Shown here one piece after another: positions 30,358-39,031 of a stretch of DNA of 64,000 bases. A program made the translations under genes and the position numbers. The DNA is taken from contig CAVOCY010000002.1 of assembly GCA_963694385.1 (NCBI GenBank), forward strand, positions 2,208 to 66,207, written 5' to 3'. How positions within the stretch are numbered: position 1 is the stretch's first letter; every line of letters starts with the position of its first letter. The notes below the pieces were generated by a model. The model did not search any database. It was not told the origin of the DNA and worked only from the letters and a program-made list of their open reading frames with translations. This stretch comes from Candidatus Altimarinota bacterium (GTDB lineage: Bacteria > Patescibacteriota > Gracilibacteria > Peribacterales > Peribacteraceae).

Positions 30358-31539
30358 TTACGCCGCATTTCCTAGATCTTCTTTCGTGATTTTTGCCTCA
30401 GGCTGCACTAGTTCCAGTAGTTTCTGTGCCACTTCTTGTGGATTGTGAACAAGTTCTTTTGTCTTTGCAGTATTTAGATTTAAGTTCGTCATTTTTGCCT
30501 TCTTTGTAATAGCTTCAGCAATTAGTTCAGGGTTTGCTTTCTTTGCTTTTTCCATTGTTTCTAATCCATGCAACATCAATCCGAATTCATTAGCGTTACG
30601 TGTTTGAATATGAAAAAGAAATGATGCAATAGTATCAATTATATTTTCACGCTCTTGTGGATCCATAGCTTCGGCAAACTCGTAGGTTTCTATGCGTTTC
30701 AAGCTTGCAAGTATCGGTTCAAGTGCTTCTGGTGATACGATATAAAAACTGTAGCTCTCTTCGTAAAAGTGAAGCTTCTTGAGTGTGGCAATGGCATCAG
30801 TAGGTACTACTAGGAACACTGTAGAATAAATCTTCTTGTCACCTTTTATCTTTTCCGCAGTTTTCTTTACGGAATCTTTAATATAATTATTGAGATCTTG
30901 GGATCTTGAAACCTTTGCATCAAAAATAATAAACTGTTCCAGAAATTCAACCATGAAGTCTGGCTTGAGACTTCCGCTAAATCCTTCAGGTAAATTTGTA
31001 TTAGAGTAGGTAGGGAACTTGCAGTGCTCTTTTTTGGTCAAGCCATCGAGTAATGATACTACGCTTTGCTCGTGCTCGTTCCATAGACGGTCGCGCTCGT
31101 CTATTAGTTGCTGTTGACGCTCTTCGTCTTCTCTGCGAATACGCATACGTTCATCTTCCCAAGCCTTAAGTGTTTCATCTTGTTTATTGACCATTTCCTC
31201 GTATTTCTTTTGTTTACGATCTTCTTCTGCTTCGAATTTTGATACACGTCCTGATAACCCATCACGTTCTTTCATCGTAGCCTTGTATTCGGCTTCGAGG
31301 GATTTGTAGCGATCATATTGCTCTCGTCCTTTTCCTGAGAGATTATCTTTTTCTGCTTTTATTTCGATTAATTGATTCTTCATCTCTCCTATATCTTGGT
31401 TCTTCTTCTCGATTTCTGCTTTAAGACGAGGGTCACCATCAGTTTGAGATGTACGAAGTTGAAGGGCAATAAACCCAATTCCTGCAATTGCGATTCCGAT
31501 AAGTATGTAGAGGGGAGTCATAGGAACGCATTGTATCAT
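30358..31539 (-). CDS. rmuC: RmuC-like DNA recombination protein (N-terminal TM, long coiled coil, PD-(D/E)XK-like C-terminal domain)
   Basis: The architecture, plus LKPDFMVEFLEQFIIFDAKVS, resembles the RmuC core RPD...IDAK. The start is uncertain (ATG 31539 or 31521; the ORF opens with TTG at 31575). Confidence 0.6.
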   Translation of the reverse strand: MIQCVPMTPLYILIGIAIAGIGFIALQLRTSQTDGDPRLKAEIEKKNQDIGEMKNQLIEIKAEKDNLSGKGREQYDRYKSLEAEYKATMKERDGLSGRVSKFEAEEDRKQKKYEEMVNKQDETLKAWEDERMRIRREDEERQQQLIDERDRLWNEHEQSVVSLLDGLTKKEHCKFPTYSNTNLPEGFSGSLKPDFMVEFLEQFIIFDAKVSRSQDLNNYIKDSVKKTAEKIKGDKKIYSTVFLVVPTDAIATLKKLHFYEESYSFYIVSPEALEPILASLKRIETYEFAEAMDPQERENIIDTIASFLFHIQTRNANEFGLMLHGLETMEKAKKANPELIAEAITKKAKMTNLNLNTAKTKELVHNPQEVAQKLLELVQPEAKITKEDLGNAA

Positions 31540-31618
31540 GCGGTAGACAGTCGTCCACCCAAATGAGATTGCCAAAATGTCTTAGATAGCGTGTTACCTG
31601 TATTCCTTAGCTAAATAC

Positions 31619-31646
31619 TTGCTTTAGGAGTTTACTTTACTATACT
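31619..31646 (+). promoter_or_regulatory. candidate promoter TTGCTT-N16-TATACT for rpsO, giving a ~80-nt leader
   Basis: Hexamers at 31619-31624 and 31641-31646, followed by a GC-rich leader before ATG 31731. Confidence 0.4.
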
Positions 31647-31730
31647 ACTGCAGTCCTCGCTGATTGGGTGGCTTAGAGACCCCCTTCCTGGCGCGGCGCA
31701 AAGTTTCTTATCCGTGTACCTCCTCTACTC

Positions 31731-32000
31731 ATGTCCATAAAAAGAAAGTCAAAAAAAACTCTTATTACAAAACACCAGACGCACAAGAAAGATACAGGTT
31801 CTCCACAAGTCCAGGTTGCTATTCTCTCTAAAGAGATTGGCCTTCTTACAAAACATCTTCAAGAGCACAGGGGTGATAACTCAGCTCGTAAGGGTCTTCT
31901 TGGCAAGGTTGCGCGTCGTCGTACACTACTCAACTACCTTAAAATGCACACTCCTGATGAGTATCAGATGGTGCTTGATGCTAATAAGCTAAAGAAGTAA
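31731..32000 (+). CDS. rpsO: 30S ribosomal protein S15
   Basis: DTGSPQVQVAILSKEIGLLTKHLQEHRGDNSARKGLLGKVARRRTLLNYL. Confidence 0.95.
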   Translation: MSIKRKSKKTLITKHQTHKKDTGSPQVQVAILSKEIGLLTKHLQEHRGDNSARKGLLGKVARRRTLLNYLKMHTPDEYQMVLDANKLKK

Positions 32001-32010
32001 GGTATATTGT

Positions 32011-32292
32011 ATGTCTGTACCGTCACAACAACTTAAAGAACTCTATCAACTCCTTTCTTCTGTAGAAAGCGAGGAAGAGGCTAAAATGCTTCTTGATGAT
32101 TTGTTTACTCCGCAGGAGGTTGCTTCTCTTTGCGAGCGTTGGCAGCTTATTCAAGAGTTACATAAAGGAACTCCACAACGTGATATAGCAAAGAAGCTTG
32201 GCGTAAGTATCAGTAAGATTACCAGAGGATCTAGAATGCTCCAGTTTGGATCTGGAGGGTTTACGTATTTTCTGAAGAAGCTGAAGAAGTAG
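32011..32292 (+). CDS. TrpR/YerC/YecD-family small DNA-binding protein
   Basis: LFTPQEVASLCERWQLIQELHKGTPQRDIAKKLGVSISKITRGSRML matches the TrpR-related HTH pattern. Confidence 0.8.
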   Translation: MSVPSQQLKELYQLLSSVESEEEAKMLLDDLFTPQEVASLCERWQLIQELHKGTPQRDIAKKLGVSISKITRGSRMLQFGSGGFTYFLKKLKK

Positions 32293-32398
32293 AGGATAAA
32301 AACATGCTTGCCTTGTCGTGTGTCATGTGTAATGATGTAGCGGTACATGGTAACAACAACATTCAAGAGTTGGCTTCGATTATTTTGGGCTACTGCCT

Positions 32399-32437
32399 AG
32401 AGGGGAGATGTTAAAAAACATCTCAAATATCCCCTCT
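32399..32437 (+). other. strong bulged hairpin between the TrpR-like gene and the fused amidotransferase gene
   Basis: The inner stem is 8 bp (GAGATGTT/AACATCTC) with an AAAA loop. A 6-bp outer stem (AGAGGG/CCCTCT) lies across a 7-nt bulge. No U-tract follows immediately. Confidence 0.4.
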
Positions 32438-32487
32438 CAATCGTGTCTTCTGAAGTGTTTTTTGCTTATAATACCATCCTTACAATA

Positions 32488-34644
32488 ATGAATAATTTAC
32501 CATCAGATCTACCGAATTCTCAAAAACCTCTTATCCAAGGGGGGATATTGCTTATCGATAACTATGATTCATTTACGTATAACATTCGAGAGCAGCTAGC
32601 GCGCATTGGTGTTGATTGTAGTGTTGTCCGTAATGACGAAATTTCTCTAGCTGATATACAGGCTATGGATCCTTCACACATCATTGTGGGGCCAGGACCA
32701 GGAACCCCAGAAAACCCAGAGGATATTGGTGTGACGAGTGAAGCTATTTCTTATGCGATCGAAGAAAATAAAGCGCTCTTAGGAGTGTGCCTTGGGCACC
32801 AAGCTCTTGTGAGTCATTTTGGAGGGAAGATCGTTCATGCAAAGGAAATGATGCACGGGAAAACCAGCCCTATTCATTTTGTTGATAACCCAGACGAAGG
32901 GGATCGGCATTCCCTTTTCCATGGCATTGATGATGGCACAGAGGCTATGCGGTACCACTCTCTTGTTGCGGACGCAGAAACATTTCCTTCTGATGATCTT
33001 GAAATTACAGCAGAAACAGATGATGGGGTGATTATGGGTGTACGATCTAAGGATTATGATATAGAGGGTGTGCAGTTTCATCCGGAATCCTATGGGACAC
33101 CAGAGGGAGAGAAGATGATGCGTAATTTCCTCGCTACACGCAAAGGTGCATTTGATGCTCTTTTGAAACAGGGGGTCGCTGAGCCAGTACATGCATCCGA
33201 AAATATTACATTACCAAGTGTATTACAGGAACGTCTTGGTACTGTGGATCAACAGTCGTATGAGATGGTAGAAATTCCTTGTGAGCTCCCACCAGAAGAG
33301 GTGTACCGCAGGTTGCATAAAGCTTCTGATCAAAATTACTGTTTTGAATCTCTGTATTCTGGCGGAGGAGAGCAGAGAGGAATTTACTCCTATTTCGGTG
33401 CAAAGCCTGAGTTTGTCATTAGTGCTCGCAATGGAAAACTCTTTATCGATGATGAAGAAATTGATATAGAGGGTGCATCACCATTTGATTTGCTGAATGC
33501 ATCAGAAGAATTATTACGGAAGAAAGCACCTGATGGGGAGGAGGTTCTCTCCGATCAGCGTATGAGTGGAGGATTTGTCGGAGCACTTACCTTTGAGGCA
33601 ATGCAATACCAGGAACCTGGTGTTATACCAGACGAAGCGCTTACGCCGGAAGATCAAAAAACATTCTCATTTGGATATTTTCCAGATGGACTTGTGTATG
33701 ACTCTGAATTAAAAAAATATTTCTATTATTCTCGAGGACCAGATCGCAAAGAGCACTTTATGAGCATGCTAGAAGATGATACTGCTGTAGCACCTCCTAA
33801 AGTTACACAGGTGTCAGAGGGAATCTCCCAGGCAGATTTTGAAGATAGGGCACAGTCGGTAATTGATAACCATATTATCCCAGGTGATACATTCCAGACG
33901 GTACTTTCTCGAAAAAAAGAGTTTGATATTCACGGTTCGATGGCGGATATCTATACAGAACTACGAATGCAATGCCCATCAGGAAATATGCATGCCATAC
34001 AAATGGGTGATTTTGAAAGTATAGGTTCATTCCCAGAGCTAACTCTGAGCATAGAAAACGGATTGGCATCAACCTACCAGGTAGCTGGTACTCGCAGACG
34101 TACTGGTGATCCAGTAATAGATGATGCAGCATTTGCAGAGATGTTTGCTGACCCAAAAGAACGTGCAGAACACATTATGCTTGTTGATCTTGCGCGTAAT
34201 GATATTGCTAGAAGTGGTATGCCAGGCACGCAAGAGATGAATGATCGAGAGCTTATGACGAGGTTAGATGCAGGAACAGTAATGCATATGGCGTCACGTG
34301 TTATGCACCGTACTAATGGGCTGTCGCCATTAAACTCTGTTTTGTCTCTGCACCCAATGGGGACGGTTTCTGGTGCACCGAAGCCACGTTCTACACGTAT
34401 TCTATATGCCCATGAAGATAATCAGACACGGGGACTGTATGGGGGTTCAATAGGATTTATTGATCAACAGGGGAGTACAGAAATGGTTGTTGGGCTTCGT
34501 TCAGTTATGCGCTACGGAAACAAACTTGTTATTCAGGCAGGGGCAGGAATAGTAGCTGATAGTGATCCTTTGGCTGAATTTAAAGAAACTGAGAAGAAGA
34601 TGGGTACACCCCTAAAGACGATCGAATCGTTTCTTACTGTGTAA
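32488..34644 (+). CDS. fused glutamine amidotransferase (TrpG/PabA-like, N-terminal) and chorismate-binding component I (TrpE/PabB-like, C-terminal): anthranilate or aminodeoxychorismate synthase
   Basis: N-terminal part: LLIDNYDSFTYNI, CLGHQAL, QFHPES. C-terminal part: CFESL...IYSYFG, VAGTRRRTGDP, LHPMGTVSGAPK, GLYGGSIGF. Confidence 0.9.
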   Translation: MNNLPSDLPNSQKPLIQGGILLIDNYDSFTYNIREQLARIGVDCSVVRNDEISLADIQAMDPSHIIVGPGPGTPENPEDIGVTSEAISYAIEENKALLGVCLGHQALVSHFGGKIVHAKEMMHGKTSPIHFVDNPDEGDRHSLFHGIDDGTEAMRYHSLVADAETFPSDDLEITAETDDGVIMGVRSKDYDIEGVQFHPESYGTPEGEKMMRNFLATRKGAFDALLKQGVAEPVHASENITLPSVLQERLGTVDQQSYEMVEIPCELPPEEVYRRLHKASDQNYCFESLYSGGGEQRGIYSYFGAKPEFVISARNGKLFIDDEEIDIEGASPFDLLNASEELLRKKAPDGEEVLSDQRMSGGFVGALTFEAMQYQEPGVIPDEALTPEDQKTFSFGYFPDGLVYDSELKKYFYYSRGPDRKEHFMSMLEDDTAVAPPKVTQVSEGISQADFEDRAQSVIDNHIIPGDTFQTVLSRKKEFDIHGSMADIYTELRMQCPSGNMHAIQMGDFESIGSFPELTLSIENGLASTYQVAGTRRRTGDPVIDDAAFAEMFADPKERAEHIMLVDLARNDIARSGMPGTQEMNDRELMTRLDAGTVMHMASRVMHRTNGLSPLNSVLSLHPMGTVSGAPKPRSTRILYAHEDNQTRGLYGGSIGFIDQQGSTEMVVGLRSVMRYGNKLVIQAGAGIVADSDPLAEFKETEKKMGTPLKTIESFLTV

Positions 34645-34838
34645 TTTTCATAGGAAAGGGGCTTTTTTCATATCAATTAATGGGTATACTACGCGCAGAT
34701 CTTTCCTTCCATCGCCGCTTTTTACCCTTGCTGGGTTTACGTAAGAATCCTCTTTGCAGAGGCTTGCTATGTGAATCCACATCAGTAAAGGATAAGCGTT
34801 GGAGGAAAGGGATTTTATCTCTCTTTCTATTTATTACT

Positions 34839-37070
34839 ATGTTTGGAAACAATAAAGGAGGCGATAGCGCTATCGCCCCTAATAAGGAATACACCGTAGA
34901 CGTCGGTGATCAGAAATTCGTCTTTAAGACGGGTATGCTTGCAGCGCAAGCAAATGCAACAGTAGTTGCTCAGTTGGGCGACACCGTTTGTATGAGTAAC
35001 TGCACTACGAGTCGCAAAGCTCGCCCAGGTGTTGGTTTCTTACCTCTTCAGGTTGTATACCAGGAGAAATTTTACGCTGCTGGTAAAGTAGCAGGTTCTC
35101 GCTTTCGTAAGCGTGAAGGACGCCCGGCAGATCTCTTTGTGCTTACAGCACGTGTGATCGACCGTGGACTTCGTCCAATGTTTTCAAAGACTATTCACAA
35201 TGATATTCAAGTATTCTGTACGGTTCTCAGTTACGACTTTATCAGTGAGCACGATATGCTTTCTGCAAATGCAGCATCCCTAGCGGTTGCTCTTTCTGAC
35301 TGTCCTGCGGATGGCCCTGTTGGAACAGTCCGTGTTGGTCTACTTGACGGCGCGTTGGTACTTAACCCAACACACGAGGATCGCGACCAATGTCAGTTGG
35401 ATATGATAGTAACTGCAACACAGGATCGTGTGATTATGATCGATGCTGCTGCGAATCAGGTCCCAGAAGAAAAGATGCTAGAGGCTATTCAATTTGGTCA
35501 GGAGGCTGCCCAGAAGATTGCAAAAGCCTTCGCAGACATCCAGAAAGAAATTGGCTCTGAAAAGTGGGAAGCACCTGCATCGTTTGAGCATCCAGAAGCG
35601 CTTGAAGTGCTAAAGGGTAGTGCGCTTGTAGAGATCAACAAGGCAATCCTTTCTCCTATGGATAAGCTTGCACGTCGTGCATTCTTTGGTGAACTCGCAG
35701 ACGGAGCGGCAGCAGTCCTCGAAGAAAAGTACGGATCTGCAGATGATAACGAAGAGCTCACAGAGCTTTACGCAAACGCAGGTGAGATGATGGACAAGGT
35801 GGTTACTGGTGAGGTGCGTCGATTAGTTCTAGAAGAAGGAAAGCGTATGAGCGGACGTACTCCAGACGAAATTCGACCTGTCGGATGTATAGTCGATATT
35901 CTTCCAGCTCGTGTTCATGGCAGCGCCCTCTTTCAGAGAGGAGAAACACAGGGGCTTACAACATGTACTCTAGGTTCACCTGGAGACAAGCTTATGACAG
36001 AAGGAATGATGGGAGAAAAATTAGATCGTTACTTCCACCACTATAACTTCCCACCATTCTCTGTTGGAGAAACTTCTAACCGTCTCTTCACGGGTAACCG
36101 TGAAATCGGACACGGATACTTGGCACAAAAAGCTCTCGAGCCTGTGCTTCCATCCGAAGAGGTATTTCCATACACGATTCGAACAGTAACAGAGATCCTC
36201 GAAAGTAATGGTTCATCTTCTATGGCTGCTACTTGCGGATCAACACTCGCACTTATGGCTGCCGGTGTACCAATATCATCACCTGTATCTGGAATTGCTA
36301 TGGGACTTATGTCCGATTCTTCCGGTAAGTTTGTCGTTCTCTCAGACCTTCAGGATGAAGAGGACTTCGGAGGAGATATGGACTTTAAAGTAACAGGAAC
36401 AGAGAGTGGAGTTACTGCTATCCAGATGGATATCAAGGTTAAAGGACTTCCAGATGATGTATTTAAGGAGGCACTAGAAAAGGCGAAGATTGGCCGTGCA
36501 TCTATCCTTAAGGATATGCTTAGCGCTATTCCTGAGGTACGAGAAAACTTAAGTAAATACGCTCCACGTATCGAAACAATTAATATTGATCCTGATGATA
36601 TCCGCCTTGTTATTGGTAAGGGTGGAGAGACTATCCAAGGAATCACCAAAGAGTTTGGTGTAAATATTGATATTGAAGATAGTGGAATGGTGTTTGTTAC
36701 TGCTCCTGATGGAGAGTCTATGGCTGGAGCTTCTGCTCGTATCCAAAACATTGTTGCTAAGCCAGAAGTTGGAACTACGTACGATTGTAAGATCGTTCGT
36801 GTCATCGATGGTATTGGTGCTATCGCTGAGTTCCTTGGAGGTAAAGACGGTATGATTCACATCTCAGAACTCCAGTGGAGCCGTACAGAGAATGTTGAAG
36901 ATATCGTTAAAGTTGGAGACGAAGTCAAAGCCCTCTGTGTTGAATACAACAAGATGGATGGAAAGACTCGTCTTTCGATTAAGCAGCTACAAGACAAGCC
37001 AGAAGGTTACGTCGAACGTCCATCACGTCCTCATGGTGGTGGAGACCGAAGAGGTCCGCCGCGACGATAA
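34839..37070 (+). CDS. pnp: polyribonucleotide nucleotidyltransferase (PNPase)
   Basis: Two RNase PH domains, FPPFSVGE, a KH domain (VIGKGGETIQGI), an S1 domain (GKDGMIHISEL) and a basic tail. The start is set at ATG 34839 within an ORF that opens at 34680. Confidence 0.95.
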   Translation: MFGNNKGGDSAIAPNKEYTVDVGDQKFVFKTGMLAAQANATVVAQLGDTVCMSNCTTSRKARPGVGFLPLQVVYQEKFYAAGKVAGSRFRKREGRPADLFVLTARVIDRGLRPMFSKTIHNDIQVFCTVLSYDFISEHDMLSANAASLAVALSDCPADGPVGTVRVGLLDGALVLNPTHEDRDQCQLDMIVTATQDRVIMIDAAANQVPEEKMLEAIQFGQEAAQKIAKAFADIQKEIGSEKWEAPASFEHPEALEVLKGSALVEINKAILSPMDKLARRAFFGELADGAAAVLEEKYGSADDNEELTELYANAGEMMDKVVTGEVRRLVLEEGKRMSGRTPDEIRPVGCIVDILPARVHGSALFQRGETQGLTTCTLGSPGDKLMTEGMMGEKLDRYFHHYNFPPFSVGETSNRLFTGNREIGHGYLAQKALEPVLPSEEVFPYTIRTVTEILESNGSSSMAATCGSTLALMAAGVPISSPVSGIAMGLMSDSSGKFVVLSDLQDEEDFGGDMDFKVTGTESGVTAIQMDIKVKGLPDDVFKEALEKAKIGRASILKDMLSAIPEVRENLSKYAPRIETINIDPDDIRLVIGKGGETIQGITKEFGVNIDIEDSGMVFVTAPDGESMAGASARIQNIVAKPEVGTTYDCKIVRVIDGIGAIAEFLGGKDGMIHISELQWSRTENVEDIVKVGDEVKALCVEYNKMDGKTRLSIKQLQDKPEGYVERPSRPHGGGDRRGPPRR

Positions 37071-37088
37071 AAAACATCCGTATTTGTT

Positions 37089-37113
37089 AGAGACGTCACG
37101 ACGTGACGTCTCT
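37089..37113. terminator. perfect 11-bp hairpin between convergent pnp and the K+ channel gene (no clear U-tract)
   Basis: AGAGACGTCAC-GAC-GTGACGTCTCT. Confidence 0.5.
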
Positions 37114-37115
37114 GC

Positions 37116-37994
37116 TTAATGGATGGTTTTCAAGATCTTCAGGTGCATGCGTTCTTTCATTTGGAGAATGTCCTCGAATGCTTCGTGTGCTTCGTATGGA
37201 CTACGCTCTTTCCAGAGTGGGGTAATTTTTGTCATGATGCTTACAAGCTCTTTTACTTCTCTCATTACATCCTCTCTAGAGAACCAGTCGATACCCTTGG
37301 CACTCAGTACATCAAACATCTGATTGATCCGATGCAAGGTGCGGTGCACAGCTTCCAGTAGCAACTGCTCTCGCTTCTCGTCAATCGTGTAGTGGTGTAC
37401 TTCATTTTCATAGAAGTCTGGTATTTCCTCAAATATTGTCTGCAGCTGACGGAAGGCAATGATCATGTTTTCCCAGTGCTCTGTGTCGATTGCACCTTTC
37501 TCCTTTGCTTCACGCATAACATGATCGAAGTCTTTACGGGCAATGTACATACCTTCGCGGGTGTTATGGAAGACATCTTCAAATGTAAGTCTGTGTACTT
37601 CTGTTAATGTCACTTCCTGTTGGTGTGACACAAGCTTTGTTACGAAAATAGCAAACACCAGCAAGGCAGAAATACTCTGCATACTTGCAAGTACCTTAGA
37701 AAATCCTTCTGGGGTAATGTCTCCGTATCCTGTGGAAGTAGCAGTAATGATGCTGTAGTAGAGTGCGTTGGCAAACCGTATTGCAGGATCTGAAATATTT
37801 GCGAGACTTGTTGGCGCATGTTCTAGCCCTGCTCCCATGTAACTCAGTCCAAAGTAGGCAATCGCAAAGATCACGGCCATTGCAGCCCATATAGTAAAGA
37901 GTGTTGTGTACGAGTAATTAGTCAGCAGTTCAATAATAATGAATGCTCTTGGTGTTTTGCCTTTTTTGATGGTGGAAGGGTTAACAGGGGACAT
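37116..37994 (-). CDS. two-TM potassium channel with ~170-aa cytoplasmic C-terminal domain
   Basis: Selectivity filter TATSTGYGDITP, flanked by two hydrophobic helices. Confidence 0.85.
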   Translation of the reverse strand: MSPVNPSTIKKGKTPRAFIIIELLTNYSYTTLFTIWAAMAVIFAIAYFGLSYMGAGLEHAPTSLANISDPAIRFANALYYSIITATSTGYGDITPEGFSKVLASMQSISALLVFAIFVTKLVSHQQEVTLTEVHRLTFEDVFHNTREGMYIARKDFDHVMREAKEKGAIDTEHWENMIIAFRQLQTIFEEIPDFYENEVHHYTIDEKREQLLLEAVHRTLHRINQMFDVLSAKGIDWFSREDVMREVKELVSIMTKITPLWKERSPYEAHEAFEDILQMKERMHLKILKTIH

Positions 37995-38004
37995 TATAAC
38001 TGCT

Positions 38005-38289
38005 TTAAGTTACGAAGGGGATTTTCGGTTTTTTTCCAGAGATTGCACCTCCAGTCATGAGGTCAAATCCTTTATAGAGTACTGCTCCGGCAAGTGCTAT
38101 CCCAAAGAATTGAATACCGGTACTGATAACAGGGGATAGTGGACCCAAGCTTGCAGCCTGTTGCAAAGCAGGAGTTGCTACATTGCTAGAGAGAGATGCC
38201 AACTTACTAGCGGTATTTGAGGTTACTGCAGCAATTTCTGAGCTTGCTGTAGCGGCAGTTAGTGCCTCTGGTGATATTGGTGTTTGCAT
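38005..38289 (-). CDS. hypothetical small protein, Ala/Ser-rich with C-terminal TM helix
   Basis: ORF only. The C-terminal helix is IQFFGIALAGAVLYKGF. Confidence 0.45.
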   Translation of the reverse strand: MQTPISPEALTAATASSEIAAVTSNTASKLASLSSNVATPALQQAASLGPLSPVISTGIQFFGIALAGAVLYKGFDLMTGGAISGKKPKIPFVT

Positions 38290-38348
38290 TTACTCTTATA
38301 TTATACAACATAAAGCAAAATAGAGCAATTAGGCTAATTTAGCCTTAT

Positions 38349-38756
38349 TTAGGCTGCTAACGTCGTTTGCATCTGTGATCTTGCTCCCCCTTGATTATGC
38401 CTTACTCCTGCAACGAAATCTGCCGTATCCGCTATAGCATCACCAGGGATATTGATGAGTCCACCAATAGCAGCGCCAAACTTTCCTCGGAGTACTTTTC
38501 CTACTGTTCCAACAGTATTCTCCGTTGTTCTTCCATAAAATCCAAACAGTCCGTTGTAAGCATTTACTCCTTCCTTTGCAGAGCCATCGATTGTTCCAAG
38601 GCCTTGGCGAATAGCGGGGTCTAATCCGAGCCCAGCCGTTACAACATGTGTACCAGCAGCGATTGCTTGCAGAGGATTTTTTAGATCGTAGTCTTTGGTA
38701 GTACCGACGAATCGATCTAGGTGACCCTTGTAGTTGATAAGTCGTGCTTCTTTCAT
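38349..38756 (-). CDS. hypothetical Gly-rich protein (135 aa)
   Basis: ORF only, with glycine-zipper-like stretches (GKFGAAIGGLINIPG). A small hairpin plus a U-rich tract follows the stop on the minus strand (38331-38345). Confidence 0.5.
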   Translation of the reverse strand: MKEARLINYKGHLDRFVGTTKDYDLKNPLQAIAAGTHVVTAGLGLDPAIRQGLGTIDGSAKEGVNAYNGLFGFYGRTTENTVGTVGKVLRGKFGAAIGGLINIPGDAIADTADFVAGVRHNQGGARSQMQTTLAA

Positions 38757-38882
38757 GGGTTTATTATACTCAAATTAGAATTTTTGTCTCGCTTATTTCA
38801 CAATAACTTGCCATGGTTAATCTTGCACTGTAGTCTCTCTCGGCTCCAATTTACTTAGAGCATTTGTTCTTTTCATCACTTG

Positions 38883-38909
38883 AAACCGCCCTCTACCGGC
38901 GGTTTTTTT
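38883..38909 (+). terminator. orphan plus-strand intrinsic terminator 123 nt upstream of valS
   Basis: AAACCGCC-CTCTACC-GGCGGTTT stem-loop followed by a T7 run. There is no plus-strand ORF upstream of it. Confidence 0.6.
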
Positions 38910-39031
38910 ATTTGCGCAAGAGTGAACGTAGTGAACCGAAGCGCAAATAACCCTGAGCGAGGCCGCAGCTGAGTCGAATGGGTTCTGGAGGTTTTTGTGG
39001 ATCTCATGCGATTATCTTGTAGAATCTGTGC

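Noticed and set aside
38757-39031. T-box riboswitch upstream of valS
   Set aside because: The conserved T-box sequence (AGGGTGGNACCGCG) and the specifier-loop architecture were not found. The terminator lies 123 nt from the ATG rather than directly before it.
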